A stretch of 64,000 nucleotides of DNA from positions 1 through 64,000 of the forward strand of contig JAUCBJ010009156.1 in NCBI GenBank assembly GCA_032718475.1, given 5' to 3'. How positions within the stretch are numbered: the stretch's first letter is position 1; each line of letters opens with the position of its first letter. Shown piece by piece: positions 61,168 to 64,000 of the stretch. The stretch is from Nemertoderma westbladi. Lineage: Eukaryota; Animalia; Xenacoelomorpha. The notes beneath the pieces were generated by a model. It was not told where the DNA came from and searched no databases. It saw nothing but the letters and a program-made list of their open reading frames with translations. Made by a program: the position numbers and the translations under genes.

Positions 61168-63666
61168 TCAATGTCGCCTTTTCTTAACAATAAATCGAGG
61201 AATTATCTTAGTTTGTTGCGTTCCGATAATATCAACGGAATTCTTAACGACCGCTATTTGGGTGGCTTTAGCAGGAGATTTAACCTTCTTATTTACAGTT
61301 TCCAACACAACTGAATGACTTTGTTTATCTTTTACCTTTTTGTGGGAAGGCACGGATGGCACCGCCGTGGTTGCCGCTAAACGGGGCGGTTTCCTTGGAG
61401 TTGAAGGAACAACTTGTTCGAAGTCGTCCATTTCATTATCGCTGGTCGTAAAGAAATTCCCACCAAACACTTGTTTACTATTGTCCGGGTCCCCGGACAC
61501 TGTCCGGATATCTTTCTTACCATTTACCTTGGGGGGCCATTTACTTCTACGGTTTATTGATTCTTCTTTCTCTTTTCTCACGGATTTTATTTCCTTCCCT
61601 TTGTATTTATCCCTTCCCACGCTATCTCGCGGTTGGTTATTATCGCTTTCATCTCCCTTTGTATCAACTGCTCCCCCGACATTCGCCTTAGTTTTACTTC
61701 GTTTCGCGGGAGTAAATAATTCCTCGAAGTTATTTTGTCTCTTCTGTTGTACGGGTTTAACGGTCTTGGCAGCCGCAAACAGAGAATCGAAATCCACTCG
61801 CGTACCCTCAGCGCCGTTTCCTCTCCCTTTGGGACCGCGGACATTCGCTTTACTAAACAGCGAATCGAATGTTGCTGATTTTCCTCCGGATTGGTGACTA
61901 TTTCTCACACCGGTTGTGTTACTCGGGGTGGTTGGTGGGTCGGTGTGGGTAGACAGACCCGTCGCTGGGTCGATGTGGGTAGACAGACCCGTCGCTGGGT
62001 CGGTGTGGGTAGACAGACCCGTCGCTGGGTCGGTGTGAGTAGACAGACCCGTCGCTGGGTCGGTGTGGGTAGACAGACCCGTCGTTGGGTCGGTGTGAGT
62101 AGACAGACCCGTCGCTGGATCGGTGTGGGTAGACAGACCCGTCGCTGGGTCGGTGCGGGTTGACAGACCCGTCGCTGGGTCGGTGTGGGTAGACAGACCC
62201 GTCGCTGGGTCGGTGCGGGTTGACAGACACGTCGCTGGGTCGGTGTGAGTAGACAGAACCGTCGCTGGGTCGGTGTGGGTAGACAGACCCGTCGCTGGGT
62301 CGGTGTGGGTAGACAGACCCGTCGCTGGGTCCGTGTAGGTAGACAGACCCTTCGCTGTGGCTGTAACTCTCACCGCTGCGGCGTCTCCTCCACCGTTGCG
62401 GCCCCCCGATTGGCGCCGCTGTGCCGCTATAAAACTTCCCTCTTCGGGTCTACCAACTCTTATTGGTGATAACGTTATTGTGTTTTGGTTTAGCGTTGCA
62501 ACAGGTCGGGCGGTTCTACTCAATATGTACTTGGGGTCCAGAGTGAGCCCCGATCTGACTCCAGCGCCCATGGTAATCTGCCCAACAGCGCCCGTGGCAG
62601 TGTGCACAGCAGCGCCCATGGCAGTCTGCCCAGCAGCGCCCATGGCAGTCTGCCCTGCAGCGCCCATGGCAGTCTGCCCAGCAGCGCCCGTGGCTCCCCC
62701 AGCTCGTTCCAACGACACATGAGTCTGGAACGGTGTCTTAGCGAACCGCAACCTGGCCGAGCACAATGATGGCGACTTGGCGTGGATATCGCCGAGGATT
62801 TCGCCTATAATCGCGAGCGGGTCGCATCGCGGGAGCGGCAACGGGCGGCACTTCCGAACGCAGACCGACGGGTAGGTAAACAGTTTCCCTGGCAACGGGA
62901 GGAACGAGACGTTGAAATAAAACAATCCCTGGTCAGACTCGGGGAGTCTATACCCATAGAGATTCTTCCAATACTTTCTGAGTTCCTTGTACGTTGTTAA
63001 CGGACCCTGTTGGTTCACTGAGTGGGAGATACTGCTAACCAATCCTTTCTTACCTGTAGGGAAGACCACGCACCAGGGATTGCCTATAGCAGACTCCTGG
63101 ATATCAGAGGAGGATGTGCTGGATAGGAACTCCTCAATGTCGGTCGAATTTATGCCGAAATCTTGGAGGTTTATTTGTGGGATGTTGACGTTGTTTGGAA
63201 TTACTTGGAGGCAGATCTCCCCATCTCTTAGATTCAGGCGAATTCTAAGTGATTCGTGTTTTCCTGGGACAGAGAGAAAGTCTCTGCCTTTAACGTAATA
63301 GTCTGAGACGCGGTTCCACTGCGGGGCTAGACGAGACAGTATGGTGTAAGACAGGCAGGCTTCCACCACGTGCTTACTAACAGGTAACTCTTTGGATACT
63401 CCGCTCAAACCAATCTTACTCAAATAGTTGAGCGGTTTATCTCTCTCGTCGTTTCTAACAGCCACGTAGAAACGGCGGTCGCTGGACCAGCACGGCGAGC
63501 AAATTGTACTCGGTACCATGAAGAGCAGCTCCCGGCATCTGATGGTTCGTTGCGTGCAGAGCGGTCGGTCTGCGGTTGAACAGCTTTCCGGTAGATCCAC
63601 GGCGTATGACGCGAGGTCGTCGTGTGTAAACGTAGCAAATAGCAATGCCGTGCAAGTATTTGCCAT
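61168..63666 (-). CDS. C18orf63: C18orf63/DUF4708-like protein (intronless, 832 aa) with low-complexity C-terminus
   Basis: CLSYTILSRLAPQWNRV..Y.KGRDFL, WCVVFPTGKKG.V, YKELRKYWKNLYGYRLP, FTYPSVCVR resemble the DUF4708 N-terminal region; recognised from memory. Confidence 0.7.
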   Translation of the reverse strand: MANTCTALLFATFTHDDLASYAVDLPESCSTADRPLCTQRTIRCRELLFMVPSTICSPCWSSDRRFYVAVRNDERDKPLNYLSKIGLSGVSKELPVSKHVVEACLSYTILSRLAPQWNRVSDYYVKGRDFLSVPGKHESLRIRLNLRDGEICLQVIPNNVNIPQINLQDFGINSTDIEEFLSSTSSSDIQESAIGNPWCVVFPTGKKGLVSSISHSVNQQGPLTTYKELRKYWKNLYGYRLPESDQGLFYFNVSFLPLPGKLFTYPSVCVRKCRPLPLPRCDPLAIIGEILGDIHAKSPSLCSARLRFAKTPFQTHVSLERAGGATGAAGQTAMGAAGQTAMGAAGQTAMGAAVHTATGAVGQITMGAGVRSGLTLDPKYILSRTARPVATLNQNTITLSPIRVGRPEEGSFIAAQRRQSGGRNGGGDAAAVRVTATAKGLSTYTDPATGLSTHTDPATGLSTHTDPATVLSTHTDPATCLSTRTDPATGLSTHTDPATGLSTRTDPATGLSTHTDPATGLSTHTDPTTGLSTHTDPATGLSTHTDPATGLSTHTDPATGLSTHIDPATGLSTHTDPPTTPSNTTGVRNSHQSGGKSATFDSLFSKANVRGPKGRGNGAEGTRVDFDSLFAAAKTVKPVQQKRQNNFEELFTPAKRSKTKANVGGAVDTKGDESDNNQPRDSVGRDKYKGKEIKSVRKEKEESINRRSKWPPKVNGKKDIRTVSGDPDNSKQVFGGNFFTTSDNEMDDFEQVVPSTPRKPPRLAATTAVPSVPSHKKVKDKQSHSVVLETVNKKVKSPAKATQIAVVKNSVDIIGTQQTKIIPRFIVKKRRH
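61930..62352 (-). repeat. 30-bp in-frame coding repeat (GLSTHTDPAT, about 14 copies)
   Basis: agacagacccgtcgctgggtcggtgtgggt repeated within the 832-aa ORF. Confidence 0.9.
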
Positions 63667-64000
63667 TATCTACTGGTTACGGTACCCGTACCGGTAGGCC
63701 TAGCTTACTTCATTTATTAGTGGATAATGAAAGTAACTTAGTTAGAATAGTGAAAACTGCAGTAATGCAGGCTCTTACTGCAGTCTGTAAGACTACATAA
63801 AGCCGATGATATCGGTACCGGTAGTCGAAAATGAAACATTTTAACCGTGATCCCAACTCCATTGTTGGTGTTATCAAGTAAAGGGGGGCACTAAACAAAT
63901 AGTATTCTGTATGGCCTACCAGTTAAATGTAAAAGCAATTCCAATTGCAACCTTGTTGTGTTTGTATTAGTAGCTCTATGGAAAATTTCCATATTAATCT

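Overview
AT-rich animal (probably invertebrate) genomic DNA, dense in repeats. Host genes: intronless SMU1 (1966-3507, +); a spliced beta-secretase (BACE1/2-like) gene on + with 7 exons that I could assemble in frame (38458-60435, transmembrane exon not found); an intronless Ig-domain type I membrane protein gene antisense inside BACE intron 1 (41486-43795); and an intronless C18orf63/DUF4708-like gene (61168-63666, -). There are two BEL/Pao LTR retrotransposons. Element A (4583-16988, -) has near-identical 1198-bp LTRs, a CCAGG TSD, a deleted RT and integrase, and a decayed extra ORF. Element B (22537 to about 37510, +) is an LTR-internal-LTR-partial internal tandem. Its pol is broken, but an intact 786-aa extra ORF in the env position combines a WRN/EXD/MUT-7-like DEDD 3'-5' exonuclease domain with three CCHC zinc knuckles. 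Neither BEL element shows a tRNA primer-binding site. In both, the bases just inside the 5' LTR are complementary to an LTR-internal segment, which resembles Tf1-type self-priming. Two BACE introns are filled with kilobase minisatellites built from the exon end plus the 5' splice site. Also present are Sola1-like and hAT-like elements, foldbacks, LINE fragments and a minimal Penelope-type hammerhead motif. All family assignments come from motif recognition by eye, not from database searches.
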